Assembly: GCF_029945925.1 (NCBI RefSeq)
Contig: NZ_JAQSDN010000049.1
Coordinates: forward strand, 97,679 to 161,678
DNA length: 64,000 nt
Direction of reading: 5' to 3'
Source: Polaromonas sp.
GTDB taxonomy: Bacteria > Pseudomonadota > Gammaproteobacteria > Burkholderiales > Burkholderiaceae_C
Shown piece after piece: positions 39,081 through 48,594 of this stretch. The stretch's first letter is position 1. Every line of letters starts with the position of its first letter. The translations under genes and the position numbers were made by a program. The notes under the pieces were generated by a model. It had not been told where the DNA came from. It was given only the letters and a program-made list of their open reading frames with translations, and ran no database searches.

Positions 39081-39099
39081 TGACAAGGTGAAACAAAGC

Positions 39100-40611
39100 A
39101 TGAAACGTACGGCACTGTTGACCGTGGCAGAGATGGTGCAGTCAGAGAACTTGACCATGCAAGCGGGGACGTCTGGGCAGGCGTTGATGGAGCAGGCAGG
39201 CAAGGCCGTGGCCGAAGCGATCCTGGCGCGCTGGACCAACCGGTCCGTGGTGGTGCTGTGCGGCCCGGGCAACAACGGCGGAGATGGTCTGGTGATCGCC
39301 CGGTGCTTGGGCGAGGCGGGCTGGCCTGTGCGCGTGGCCTTGCTGGGTGAGTGGGCAGCGTTCAAAGGCGATGCCTTGATCCAGGCGCGGTATTGGGATC
39401 CGGCCTCTTGTGTGCCCTTGCACCCCGATGCGCTGGAGGGTGCCAGCTTGGTGGTCGATGCCTTGTTTGGTTCGGGCTTGAGCCGACCCTTGAGCGACAT
39501 GGCGGCCACCACGCTGCAAGCGGTGGCCCAGTCCGGGGTGCCGATGGTGGCCGTGGATGTGCCCAGCGGTGTGTTTGGTGACACGGGAGAGAGCGCAGGT
39601 GCGGTGCAGGCCGCTTTGACGGTGACGTTCTTCCGCAAGAAGCCTGCCCATGTCTTGCTGCCGGGCAGGGCTTTGTGCGGCGAGGTGGCGGTGGCCGACA
39701 TTGGCTTGCGGGCGGATGTGGGTGACTTCGTCAAGCCAGCCACCTTTGAAAACACGCCGGAGTACTGGCGCAGTGATTGGCCAGCGCTGACGGCCGATCA
39801 CCACAAATACCAACGTGGCCACGCCTTGGTTTACGGCGGCGGCGTGATGACCGGCGCCTCGCGCTTATCGGCGCGGGCGGCCGCTCGTGCAGGCGCAGGC
39901 TTGACCACGGTGGCGGTGCCTGAATCGGCCTGGCCGGTCTATGCCGCGGCCTTGAACAGCATCATGGTGCATCCCCTGAGCGGCCAGGATTCGGTGGAGC
40001 TGGCGGCGAGCCTGCGAGAGGTCTTGCGCGATGCCCGCATCAGCGCGGTGTTGCTGGGCCCCGGAGCGGCAGGTGGCTTGGCCCGGGGCGTGCGTCCCCT
40101 GGCGGAAGTGGCCTTGGCCAGTGGGCGCCCAGTGGTGCTGGACGCCGATGCCTTGTCAGCCTTTGAAGACGACCCCGATGCTTTGTTCGCCTTGATCAAG
40201 GCCACACGTGGGCCGGTGGTGATGACGCCCCATGAGGGTGAGTTTGCGCGCTTGTTTCCGCAGGCCAAGGCCTTGCCTGCTACTGACAAGCTCAGCCGGG
40301 CGCGTTGGGCGGCGCATCGCAGCGGGGCCGTGGTGGTGCTCAAGGGCGCGGACACGGTCATTGCCGCGCCAGATGGGATGGCATTGGTCAACACCAACGC
40401 GCCTCCAACGCTGGCCACCGCCGGGGCAGGCGATGTGCTGGCGGGCCTGATCACAGGGCTGCTGGCGCAGGGCATGGCGGTGTTCCATGCCGCCGCCGCG
40501 GCAGTCTGGCTGCATGGCGAGGCGGCACGGGCTTTTGGCGCTGGCCTGATCGCCGATGACCTGCCTGATCAGTTGCCGGCCGTGCTGCAAAAACTGCTGC
40601 AACCCGGCTGA
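39100..40611 (+). CDS. nnr: Bifunctional NAD(P)H-hydrate repair enzyme (epimerase + ADP-dependent dehydratase)
   Basis: YjeF-N motif VVVLCGPGNNGGDGLVIAR; C-terminal carbohydrate-kinase motif TAGAGDVLAGLITGLLAQG. Start at ATG 39100 (GTG 39088 is the alternative). Confidence 0.9.
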   Translation: MKRTALLTVAEMVQSENLTMQAGTSGQALMEQAGKAVAEAILARWTNRSVVVLCGPGNNGGDGLVIARCLGEAGWPVRVALLGEWAAFKGDALIQARYWDPASCVPLHPDALEGASLVVDALFGSGLSRPLSDMAATTLQAVAQSGVPMVAVDVPSGVFGDTGESAGAVQAALTVTFFRKKPAHVLLPGRALCGEVAVADIGLRADVGDFVKPATFENTPEYWRSDWPALTADHHKYQRGHALVYGGGVMTGASRLSARAAARAGAGLTTVAVPESAWPVYAAALNSIMVHPLSGQDSVELAASLREVLRDARISAVLLGPGAAGGLARGVRPLAEVALASGRPVVLDADALSAFEDDPDALFALIKATRGPVVMTPHEGEFARLFPQAKALPATDKLSRARWAAHRSGAVVVLKGADTVIAAPDGMALVNTNAPPTLATAGAGDVLAGLITGLLAQGMAVFHAAAAAVWLHGEAARAFGAGLIADDLPDQLPAVLQKLLQPG

Positions 40612-40617
40612 TTCAAG

Positions 40618-42366
40618 TCAGCCGACGCAAGTGCGGTTCTTGCCGGTTTGCTTGGCCTCGTACAGGGCCACGTCGGCGCGGTCCAGGGCGGCCTCGATGG
40701 CCTCATCGGTGCGGTACTGGGTGACGCCGGCGGAGAAGGTGATGAACACTTTCTTCTCATCCTGCGTGAAGAACTCGGCGCTCAAGGTGCGTTGCAGGCG
40801 GGTCAGCACCAGCTGCGCTTCGTCCACCGGCGTGTCGGGCAACAGCACCACGAATTCTTCGCCGCCGTAGCGGGCCAGTGAATCGCTGGGGCGCAGGCAC
40901 TCGCTCACGCGGCGCGACAGAAACTGCAGGGCCAGGTCGCCCGTGTGGTGGCCCATCTGGTCGTTGAGCTTCTTGAAGTTGTCCACGTCCAGCAAGCCGA
41001 TGGCCAGGGCGCCGCCGCTGCGTTGCATGCGCGCACGCTCGGTCTCGAAGGATTTGGCCAGGCCACGCCGGTTGGCGATCTGGGTGAGCGGGTCGGTGGA
41101 CACCTCGTCAGACAGGCGGCGGATTTCGTCTTCGAGCGAGCGCACGCGGTCGGTCAGTTCGGTGGCGCGTTCGTGCTCTGCTTGCATGCGGGTCTGGGCC
41201 TGGTTGACCAGACCGTGCACGGCGCGGCTTTCGTCCACCATGTCGCGGACCACGCCCGCCAGGCTCTCCAGCGAGTCGGCTTGGCCGATGGTGTCGGCAT
41301 AGCGCCCCAGGCTTTGCTGGAAGCGGTCGGTGGTGCTGCCCAACTCGGCGATCTCTTGCAACATCTGGTGGATGAACTGTTTGAGCGACTGGCGCGCGGA
41401 ATCACGCTCCAGCTTGAGTTCCTTTTGCCGCTGCCGGGTGCTGTCCAGCAAATCCTGCATGTGCTTGACGCCACGGCTGTTCAGCCCTTCATCCAACTGG
41501 AACTGCATGGCCTGGCACTGGCCCTGCACCCAGGAATCGTCCTCGGCCAATTCGACCAGGCTGTCGGTCAAGGTGTGGCACAGCTCGTTGAGTTGTTCGA
41601 CGAGGTGGTAGCGGTGTTCGATGATGCGCCGGGCCTGGTCGCAGGCCTGGGTGATCTGGTCTCGCGTGGCCTCCAGCTCAGGCTGGCCCAGGCCTGATTG
41701 GCGGCCCTGGCTCAGGGCACTTTGCAAAGCGGCCTTGGCTTCCAGGGCCTGGCCGAGGTTGTCGGGCAGGGCGGTGATCAGGACGCCATGGGTTTGGGCC
41801 AGGGCATGCTCGGCCAGCGGGGGCCAGGCTTCGCCCGGGCTGGCGGTGGGCGTCATCGTGGCGGGAGGTGCGTCCGTCGTCAATGTGACCGCTGGTGGCG
41901 CGGAGGCCGAGCTGGTGGTGTCGGGCGGTGCCGTGTCTGCATCGGCGGTGTCCACCACCTCCAGCAAGCTGTCGTCAAGCGTGTCGCTGTCCCAGCCCCC
42001 CACCAGTTGGGTCAAGCGCTGGTGCAAGCGGCTGGCGGAATTCTTGCTGCCATCCAACACCCGCTGCAAGCTGTCTTTTTTGCGGGCGGCCGTCCATTGG
42101 CGCCCCCCGCGCTCCGCACCGCGCACGATGCGGCCGATCAATTGCGACCAGCGCTCGCCATCAGCGGCCGGTGTCAGGGCAGGGGCCGCATCGGGGGCCA
42201 CCGTGGGTTCGGTGGGCGCAGGGCTCCCACCTTGCTCGGCCTCGTAGGCCTTGCGGAAATTCTCTGGCGTGGGTTCCAGCCTTTGTTCGGCCAGTTGGCG
42301 CAGGGCGGCCTTGGCCAGTTGCGCGGGGGCCTGCTGTGCAGCGCCACTTCCCGATGAACTGCCCAT
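40618..42366 (-). CDS. Diguanylate cyclase (GGDEF) with long coiled-coil/low-complexity N-terminal region
   Basis: Active-site RYGGEEF with an I-site RPSD at the canonical spacing (RPSDSLARYGGEEF). Start at ATG 42366 with GAGGAA SD, 19 nt after the upstream stop. Confidence 0.9.
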   Translation of the reverse strand: MGSSSGSGAAQQAPAQLAKAALRQLAEQRLEPTPENFRKAYEAEQGGSPAPTEPTVAPDAAPALTPAADGERWSQLIGRIVRGAERGGRQWTAARKKDSLQRVLDGSKNSASRLHQRLTQLVGGWDSDTLDDSLLEVVDTADADTAPPDTTSSASAPPAVTLTTDAPPATMTPTASPGEAWPPLAEHALAQTHGVLITALPDNLGQALEAKAALQSALSQGRQSGLGQPELEATRDQITQACDQARRIIEHRYHLVEQLNELCHTLTDSLVELAEDDSWVQGQCQAMQFQLDEGLNSRGVKHMQDLLDSTRQRQKELKLERDSARQSLKQFIHQMLQEIAELGSTTDRFQQSLGRYADTIGQADSLESLAGVVRDMVDESRAVHGLVNQAQTRMQAEHERATELTDRVRSLEDEIRRLSDEVSTDPLTQIANRRGLAKSFETERARMQRSGGALAIGLLDVDNFKKLNDQMGHHTGDLALQFLSRRVSECLRPSDSLARYGGEEFVVLLPDTPVDEAQLVLTRLQRTLSAEFFTQDEKKVFITFSAGVTQYRTDEAIEAALDRADVALYEAKQTGKNRTCVG

Positions 42367-42385
42367 GGTCGATTCCTCGGTGATT

Positions 42386-44614
42386 TTAGACGGGGGTACT
42401 GCTGATGGCCGAGCCGCCGATGTCGCCACTGAGCAGTGCGACACGGGGCAAGCTTTGGTCGGCCTCGGTGTTGGTCAGCCAGGTGTCGATGTCGGCCGCC
42501 GGCATCGGCCGGGCAAAGAGGTAACCTTGGCAGATGTGGCACCCCAGGTTGTAGAGCACTTCCATTTGCGAGACCTCTTCCACGCCTTCGGCGATCACGC
42601 GCAAGCCCAGCGCGCGCGCCAGCGCGATGATGGCCGACACCACTGCCGAGCTTTGAGGCGTGGTGCCCAGGTCGTGCACGAAGGAGCGGTCAATCTTGAG
42701 TTCGCTGATGGGCAGGGTGGTCAGGTAGGCCAGCGACGAGTAGCCAGTGCCAAAGTCGTCGATGGAAATTTCGATCCCCATCTGATTCAGGCGTTGCAGC
42801 GAGGGCATGACGCCCTGCAGGTCCTTCATCAGGCCGGTTTCGGTGATTTCCAGCTCGATGAAATGAGGCGGCACGCCTTCTTGCGTCAGGATGGCCTGGA
42901 TCTTGTCGACCAGGTCGGGCAGTTCGAACAGTCGGCTGGGCAGGTTGACGGCGATTGACGCGTCGAAACCGAATTGCTTTTGCCAGATCTTGGCCTGTCG
43001 CGCGGCCTGGGTGATGGCCCACAGGCTCATCGCGTTGATCAGGCCCGTGGCTTCGGCCAGTGGGATGAAGTCGATCGGGGGGATGATCTTGCCGTCGCGC
43101 ATCCAGCGCATCAGGGCCTCGGCGCCCACCATCTTGCTGGTTCGCACGTCGATCTTGGGCTGGTAGTACAGCACCAGTTCGTCGCGCTCCAGGGCCTTGT
43201 GCAGGGCAGTGTCCAGATCCAGGCGCACGCGGCCCTTGCTGGCCAGTTGCAGGTCATAGACCAGCGCGGTGTTGCGACCCTGGCTCTTGGCCAGGTCCAT
43301 GGCCACGTCGGCGTTGCGCAGCAGGTCGGCCACGCTCAGGCCATGGGCCGGGAACAGGGCGATGCCGATGCTGGCGGTGATGAAGCATTCCTGGCCGGCG
43401 GCCATCATGGGGTCGCGCAGGGCTTGCAGGATGCGTGTGGCCGTGTCCATGGCCTCGGCTTCGTTGACGATCTCGGGCAACAGCACCACGAACTCATCGG
43501 CGCCCAGGCGGCCCACGGCCTCCAGGGTGCGGTGACCGCGCGTGCCGGTCATCTCCATATTGCCTTCCATGACCTGCTCGGAATGGCGCACGCAGGAGCG
43601 CAGTCGCCGCGAGACCTCGATCAGCAGTTCGTCGCCGGCATGGTGGCCCAGGTTCTCGTTGATGATCTTGAAGCGGTCCACGCCGATTTGCAGCAGGGCC
43701 ACGTGGTGGTTCAGGCGCTTGGCGTGCTCGATGGCGCGCTCGCTGCGCCAGAAGATCTGGCGGCGGTTGGGCAGGCCGGTGAGCGTGTCGAAATTGGCCA
43801 GGTGCTTGATCTTGTCCTCGGCCACGCGGCGGTCGGTCACGTCCTGGACGATGCCGGTGTAGCCGATCAGGGCGGCCACTTCATTGAACTCGGGCTCGGC
43901 CTCGATGTGCAGGATGCGTTGGCGGCCATCGTGCAGGTTGACCTGGATGTCGTTGCACAGCACGGTGCCGTGGTCCAACACTTCACGCAGGATGCGTTCA
44001 AAGCTTTGGCGCTCTTCGGGGCCGATCATGCGCAGGATGCGCTTGAGGCCCAGGCGATCACGCCCGCCCAGGCCGAACACGCGCATGCCTTCCATCGAGA
44101 AAACGATGTCGGTCACGCCTTGGCGCCAGTCGAAACTGCCCATGCGTGCCAGGTCTTGAGCGCGAGCCAGTGTGGCCTTGCTGCGTTCCAGCTCGTGGCG
44201 GGTGCGCGAGGCGCGCAACAGGTAACGCAGGCGCCCGGCCAGCAGGCTCCACTGCGTGCACTTGATGAAAAAGTCGGTGGCGCCTACTTCGTAAGCGCGG
44301 GTGATCGAGGCCTCGTCGTCCAGACCGGTGAGCATCAGCACGGGCACGGACTCGTAGCCGGGCAGGTGGCGCAGTTCCTGGCAGGTGGCAAAGCCGTCCA
44401 GGCCGGGCATGACGGCGTCCAGCACGACCACGTCGGGCAACCATTCGCTGATGATTTGCAGGGCTTGTTCGCCGGAACTGGCCTCGGTGATCGCGAAACC
44501 GCGCTCGCGCAGGGCGATGGAGGTCAACAGCAGGTTGACTTCGTCGTCATCCACCAGCAGCACTTTCGGCTGCTCTTGTGAATCATCGGTCCCGACGGAG
44601 CTAAGGAGGTTCAC
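42386..44614 (-). CDS. Response regulator with REC-PAS-GGDEF(degenerate)-EAL architecture
   Basis: REC domain: KVLLVDDDEVNLLL...PDVVVLDAVMPGLDG. Degenerate cyclase motif RLGADEF. EAL-domain motifs EALMRW, ELEITE, DDFGTGYSSL and ELKIDRSF. The GTG start overlaps the upstream stop (GTGA). Confidence 0.9.
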   Translation of the reverse strand: MNLLSSVGTDDSQEQPKVLLVDDDEVNLLLTSIALRERGFAITEASSGEQALQIISEWLPDVVVLDAVMPGLDGFATCQELRHLPGYESVPVLMLTGLDDEASITRAYEVGATDFFIKCTQWSLLAGRLRYLLRASRTRHELERSKATLARAQDLARMGSFDWRQGVTDIVFSMEGMRVFGLGGRDRLGLKRILRMIGPEERQSFERILREVLDHGTVLCNDIQVNLHDGRQRILHIEAEPEFNEVAALIGYTGIVQDVTDRRVAEDKIKHLANFDTLTGLPNRRQIFWRSERAIEHAKRLNHHVALLQIGVDRFKIINENLGHHAGDELLIEVSRRLRSCVRHSEQVMEGNMEMTGTRGHRTLEAVGRLGADEFVVLLPEIVNEAEAMDTATRILQALRDPMMAAGQECFITASIGIALFPAHGLSVADLLRNADVAMDLAKSQGRNTALVYDLQLASKGRVRLDLDTALHKALERDELVLYYQPKIDVRTSKMVGAEALMRWMRDGKIIPPIDFIPLAEATGLINAMSLWAITQAARQAKIWQKQFGFDASIAVNLPSRLFELPDLVDKIQAILTQEGVPPHFIELEITETGLMKDLQGVMPSLQRLNQMGIEISIDDFGTGYSSLAYLTTLPISELKIDRSFVHDLGTTPQSSAVVSAIIALARALGLRVIAEGVEEVSQMEVLYNLGCHICQGYLFARPMPAADIDTWLTNTEADQSLPRVALLSGDIGGSAISSTPV

Positions 44615-47600
44615 AGTTGAGCCTCCAGCAAGAGGCGCAAGCTCGCGGTCACCCGTTCCACCTCGGGCCGTATGGCGCTGATGCGATTAGTCAGATCTTC
44701 ACCTGTTGGACGCCTGATCATGGATTCGATTTCGGCACACATTTGCGACAACTTGAGCGCGCCGATGCTGGCTGACGATGATTTGAGAGTGTGCGCCACA
44801 TGCGCGATCCCTGCATGATCGCCGACTTTGATGGCATCTTCGAGTTGCGGCAGCATCCGCCCGACAGAATTTTCAAAAGCTTTTGACACTCGCTCAATCA
44901 ATTTGTTCTCGCCCTTGGGGTCGAGGTCTTGTAAACGCTGCAAAGCCTGGCGGTCAAGGACCTCTTCCCAGCCTGCGCTGAGCGATTCGTCGGTGGTGCC
45001 ATGCAGGTCTTGTGGCGCGGTGTGATCTGCCAAACCATCGTGCAGTGGCGTGGGCACGGTGATGGGGGCTTCGGGCAGGTCGTTGGGGTCGATGTGGGTG
45101 TGTTCCACCAACACCTTGTGCAACTGGCTCTGCCGGAAGGGCTTGGACAGGTAGTCGTCAAAGCCCAGGCCCAGGAAGCGTTCTTCGTCGCCTTCCAGCG
45201 CATTGGCCGTGACAGCGATCACCGGCGTGTCAGACGGTGTGATGAACGAGAAGCGGTTGTTGGAGCCCCGGCGGAACCAGCCCAGGGCCTCAACGCCGTC
45301 CATGCCGGGCATCTGGATGTCCATCAGGACCAGGTCAAAGCGCTGTTCACCCAGGCGGCGCAGACCTTCGAGGGCTGAACTCGCGACACGCACTTCGCAA
45401 CCCAGGCGTTTGAGCATCTGCGAGCACACCTCCTGGTTGACGGTGTTGTCTTCGATGACCAGCACGGCCTTGTTGATGCGAGTGGCTTCGTGGGCCACGT
45501 CGCCACGCTCCGCCGAAATGCCCAGGATGGCCTGGCGCAACTCTGCTTTGCGCAGAGGCTTGGCCACAAAACGCTGGAAGCCGACGTCTTGCGCTCGCCG
45601 CACGTCGTCGGGTGATGACACCGACGACAGCAGGATCATCTTCAGCTTGGGGTAGCGGCCGCTGGTGCGCACGGCTTCGGCCAGGCCCATGCCGTCCAGG
45701 TGGGGCATGTTCATGTCCACCAGGGCCAGGTCGAAGGGCGCGTCTTGCGAGGGGTGGGCCATCAGCACCTTCAGGGCTTCGCGGCCATCCACGGCCAGCA
45801 CCACGTGCATGCCCCAGGCGGTCAGCATGTTCTCGATCACGGTGCGGTTGGTGTCGTTGTCGTCTACCACCAGCACGTTGAAAGAGGGCATGTCGGGTTC
45901 TTCCAGCATGGCCATGTCGGCTTGCGTGGTGCCGATGCACACGGGCACGCGGAACAGGAACTCCGAGCCGACACCGGGCGCGCTGTGCACCTCGATCTGG
46001 CCGCCCATCAGCTCGACCAGTTGCTTGGAAATCGCCAGACCCAGGCCGGTGCCGCCGTAGCGCCGCGCCATGCCGCCGTTGGCTTGCACAAAGGCGCTGA
46101 ACAGGCGGGGCACGACTTCAGATGGAATGCCAATGCCGGTGTCGCGCACCATGAATTCCAGCAGCATGGTGTCGGTGCTGCCGGGCTTGGGCAGTTCCAC
46201 GGCGCCACCGATGGCGCGGCGGATGTCGACCACGATTTCGCCGTGTTCGGTGAACTTGATGGCGTTGGCCACCAGGTTGGTCAGGATCTGGCGCAGCCGC
46301 AGCGGGTCCCCATGGATGACGGAGGGCAGGCCTGGTTGCTCGCGGAAGTTGAGTTCCAGGCCTTTTTCGTGGGCGCGCGGGGCCATCAGCTCCAGGGTGT
46401 CTTCCACCAGGGTGCGCAGCACGAAGTCGCAGGTGGCCAACTCCAGCCGACCGGCTTCGATCTTGGCGAAGTCCAGGATGTCGTTGATGATCTCGAGCAG
46501 GCTTTCGCCGGAGCGGTACACCGCCTGGGCAAAACGGCGCTGCTTGTCGCTCAGTGGCGTGCCCAGCAGCAACTCGGTCATGCCCAGGATGCCGTTCATG
46601 GGGGTGCGGATTTCATGGCTCATGTTGGCCATGAATTGGCTCTTGGCCTGGCTGGCGGCCTCGGCCATGTCGCGGGCGCGTTGCAACTCCAGCGCTTGGC
46701 CATGCTCGTCGGTCACGTCGGACACCAGGCCGTAGATGCGCGATTGCCCGTCGGGCAGGCGGCGGGCGCGGGTGCGGTGGCGCAACCAGCGCAGGCCTTT
46801 TTCCGGGTGCTGCAGGCGCAGCAGGGCGTCGGTCGGCTGGTCCTGGTCTTCCATGGCCTCTTGCTCGATCAGCAAAGGGCGGTCTTCGGGCACGACCAGG
46901 GACTTCAGCCGATCCGGGTGGGCCTGGATGTCTTCGGCCGACACGCCCCACAGGTCTTGCGTGCGGTGGCTGAGGTAGAGGTAGCTGGCGCGGTGCTCGC
47001 TGGCCACATAGACGCAGTCGTCCATCGATTCGACCAGCTCGCGGAAGCGGCGTTCGGACTCTTCCAGATCGGCTTGGGCTTGTCGGGCGGCGGTGATGTC
47101 GCGCACCAGCGAGATCAGCAGGCGCGGACGGCCATTGCTGTGGCGCAGCGCAAAGTGCCGGGCGTTGACAATGCGTTGCTGCGAAGCGTTTTGCCACTGG
47201 AAATCGTGCTCAATGGTTTGGCCGGTTTCCAGGGCCTCCTGCATCGGGCCTTCGGTCAGTTTGAGGACGGACTCGCCCAGTGCCGCCGTGATGGATTTGC
47301 CCACCACTTGGTCGCGCTGCAGCTTGAATTCGATCTCGGTATAGCGGTTGATGGCCACCACGTTGAGGTTGACCGGGTCGAGCACGAAGAGGCTGACGGG
47401 CAGGTTGCCTAGCAAGGCTTCGAGGAATTCGCGCTCCTGCTCGCGCACATGCTCTTGCGCCTTGCGCTTGGTGATGTCGTTGAACAGGCAGACGTATTGG
47501 CTGCGCCCCCCGGTTTCGTCCAGCATCTGGATGGCGTCGATCTCGCCCCAGTAGCGCGTGATGAGCTGGCCGCCCTGACGCGCCGCCTCATAGGACAGGC

Positions 47601-48594
47601 GGAAAGGCACGCCCCGGGACAGGTGGTCTTCCAGCTCTCGCACCGTGTTGGGGGCGCTGACTTCCTGCTCCAGCAGGTCGCCCAGCTTGCGGCCCAAAAC
47701 TTTTTCCTCCGGCCAACCGGTCAAGGCCACGAAGGCGCTGTTGATCCACTCGATGGTGCCGTGGCGGTCAGTGATGGCCACGCCGCTGCTGATGCGCGAG
47801 GCGACCAGGGCCAGGCGACCCAGGTGTTCGGCGCTGGTGGCCATGTGGGCCAGGTTGGCATCTCGCTGGGCGACAAAACCCAACTGGATGGCGGCAATGT
47901 CCAGCACGTGCGACAGGCCGATGCAGTCCTGTTGCGGGTCGTCGAACTCCAGCAAGGCCAGCGGCCAGCCTTCGACCGAGACGGGCACGGCCAGCACTTT
48001 GTGGGTTTGGGGCGAGCGCCAGGGACAAGTGGACAACGCCGACAGTTCATCTTCGCCCTGGGCCGAACTGGGCCTCAGGGTGCTCAAGGCCTGACCGAGT
48101 GGGCGTTCATCGCGTTGGGTGGTGGCGATGGCCGTGACGTCAATGATGTCCCCGGCATCGCTGTCGGCATTCACCCAAGGGCGCAGCAAGGCCGACTCGC
48201 CATTCCACCCGTCCACCCGCAGGCAGACCCACGCTTTGGAGCCCATGTGCTGGTGCAGGGTTTGGCCGACCCGTTGCAAGGCCTGGGCCAGCGAGTTGGC
48301 GCCATGGGCGGCTTCGGCGATTTCTTGACTCAGGGCCAGCCAGCGTTGTGCCTCCGCGTTGTCGTGAGACGACACTTGTGGCAGCAATTCTTCGTCCATG
48401 ACCGCTTCGGGGGGCCGTGTCGTGCCCGGCTGGTCGGCCGCTGGGTTCTGCCCTTGGCGCGCCAAATAGCCGATGCCAGCGGATGCCCAACCAGCCAAAG
48501 CCAGCCCAAGCCCGCTCAAACCCCAGCCCACGGTCGCCACGGTCGTCATGACCAGGGCGCTCAGGGCGAGAATAAAGGTCCACGGTAAGCGCAT
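44611..48594 (-). CDS. Hybrid sensor histidine kinase (TM, GAF-like/PAS repeats, HisKA, HATPase, 2 x REC, HPt)
   Basis: H-box MSHEIRTPMNGILG; G-boxes DTGIGIP and GGTGLGLAIS; two receiver domains (VLVVDDNDTN...DMNMPHLDG and VLVIEDNTVN...DIQMPGMDG); HPt motif HTLKSSSASIGA. Start at ATG 48594 with AAGGAA SD. Confidence 0.9.
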   Translation of the reverse strand: MRLPWTFILALSALVMTTVATVGWGLSGLGLALAGWASAGIGYLARQGQNPAADQPGTTRPPEAVMDEELLPQVSSHDNAEAQRWLALSQEIAEAAHGANSLAQALQRVGQTLHQHMGSKAWVCLRVDGWNGESALLRPWVNADSDAGDIIDVTAIATTQRDERPLGQALSTLRPSSAQGEDELSALSTCPWRSPQTHKVLAVPVSVEGWPLALLEFDDPQQDCIGLSHVLDIAAIQLGFVAQRDANLAHMATSAEHLGRLALVASRISSGVAITDRHGTIEWINSAFVALTGWPEEKVLGRKLGDLLEQEVSAPNTVRELEDHLSRGVPFRLSYEAARQGGQLITRYWGEIDAIQMLDETGGRSQYVCLFNDITKRKAQEHVREQEREFLEALLGNLPVSLFVLDPVNLNVVAINRYTEIEFKLQRDQVVGKSITAALGESVLKLTEGPMQEALETGQTIEHDFQWQNASQQRIVNARHFALRHSNGRPRLLISLVRDITAARQAQADLEESERRFRELVESMDDCVYVASEHRASYLYLSHRTQDLWGVSAEDIQAHPDRLKSLVVPEDRPLLIEQEAMEDQDQPTDALLRLQHPEKGLRWLRHRTRARRLPDGQSRIYGLVSDVTDEHGQALELQRARDMAEAASQAKSQFMANMSHEIRTPMNGILGMTELLLGTPLSDKQRRFAQAVYRSGESLLEIINDILDFAKIEAGRLELATCDFVLRTLVEDTLELMAPRAHEKGLELNFREQPGLPSVIHGDPLRLRQILTNLVANAIKFTEHGEIVVDIRRAIGGAVELPKPGSTDTMLLEFMVRDTGIGIPSEVVPRLFSAFVQANGGMARRYGGTGLGLAISKQLVELMGGQIEVHSAPGVGSEFLFRVPVCIGTTQADMAMLEEPDMPSFNVLVVDDNDTNRTVIENMLTAWGMHVVLAVDGREALKVLMAHPSQDAPFDLALVDMNMPHLDGMGLAEAVRTSGRYPKLKMILLSSVSSPDDVRRAQDVGFQRFVAKPLRKAELRQAILGISAERGDVAHEATRINKAVLVIEDNTVNQEVCSQMLKRLGCEVRVASSALEGLRRLGEQRFDLVLMDIQMPGMDGVEALGWFRRGSNNRFSFITPSDTPVIAVTANALEGDEERFLGLGFDDYLSKPFRQSQLHKVLVEHTHIDPNDLPEAPITVPTPLHDGLADHTAPQDLHGTTDESLSAGWEEVLDRQALQRLQDLDPKGENKLIERVSKAFENSVGRMLPQLEDAIKVGDHAGIAHVAHTLKSSSASIGALKLSQMCAEIESMIRRPTGEDLTNRISAIRPEVERVTASLRLLLEAQL

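Noticed and set aside
38711-39087. Tested whether the structured non-coding region is RNase P RNA, tmRNA, SRP/4.5S RNA, 6S RNA, or a cobalamin, SAH, guanidine (ykkC) or Moco riboswitch.
   Set aside because: The diagnostic cores are absent on either strand. There is no GGAAAGTCCGG or ACAGAACCCGGCTTA (RNase P). There is no tRNA-like 3' end with TCCACCA (tmRNA), and no GGAAGCAGCC (SRP). There is no 5'/3' closing helix (6S). Only a partial GCCAGGA resemblance to the B12 box was seen, without the GGGAA/GGTGAAAATCC elements. Identity therefore remains unassigned rather than called.
38661-39115. Short ORFs inside the non-coding region (38661-38930 plus; 38816-39115 and 38896-39096 minus).
   Set aside because: They lack Shine-Dalgarno sequences and have Arg/Pro/Gly/Cys-rich, non-protein-like translations. 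They also cut across the perfectly paired helices, which fits RNA structure better than coding.
42974-44581. Long plus-strand ORFs antisense to the signalling genes (42974-44581, 45700-47412, 47449-48588, 51966-53243, 53279-54292). Also 26583-28013, 32211-33716 and 35257-36348.
   Set aside because: Same reasoning: they are mirror frames of well-supported genes, with compositionally biased translations and no start-site signals.
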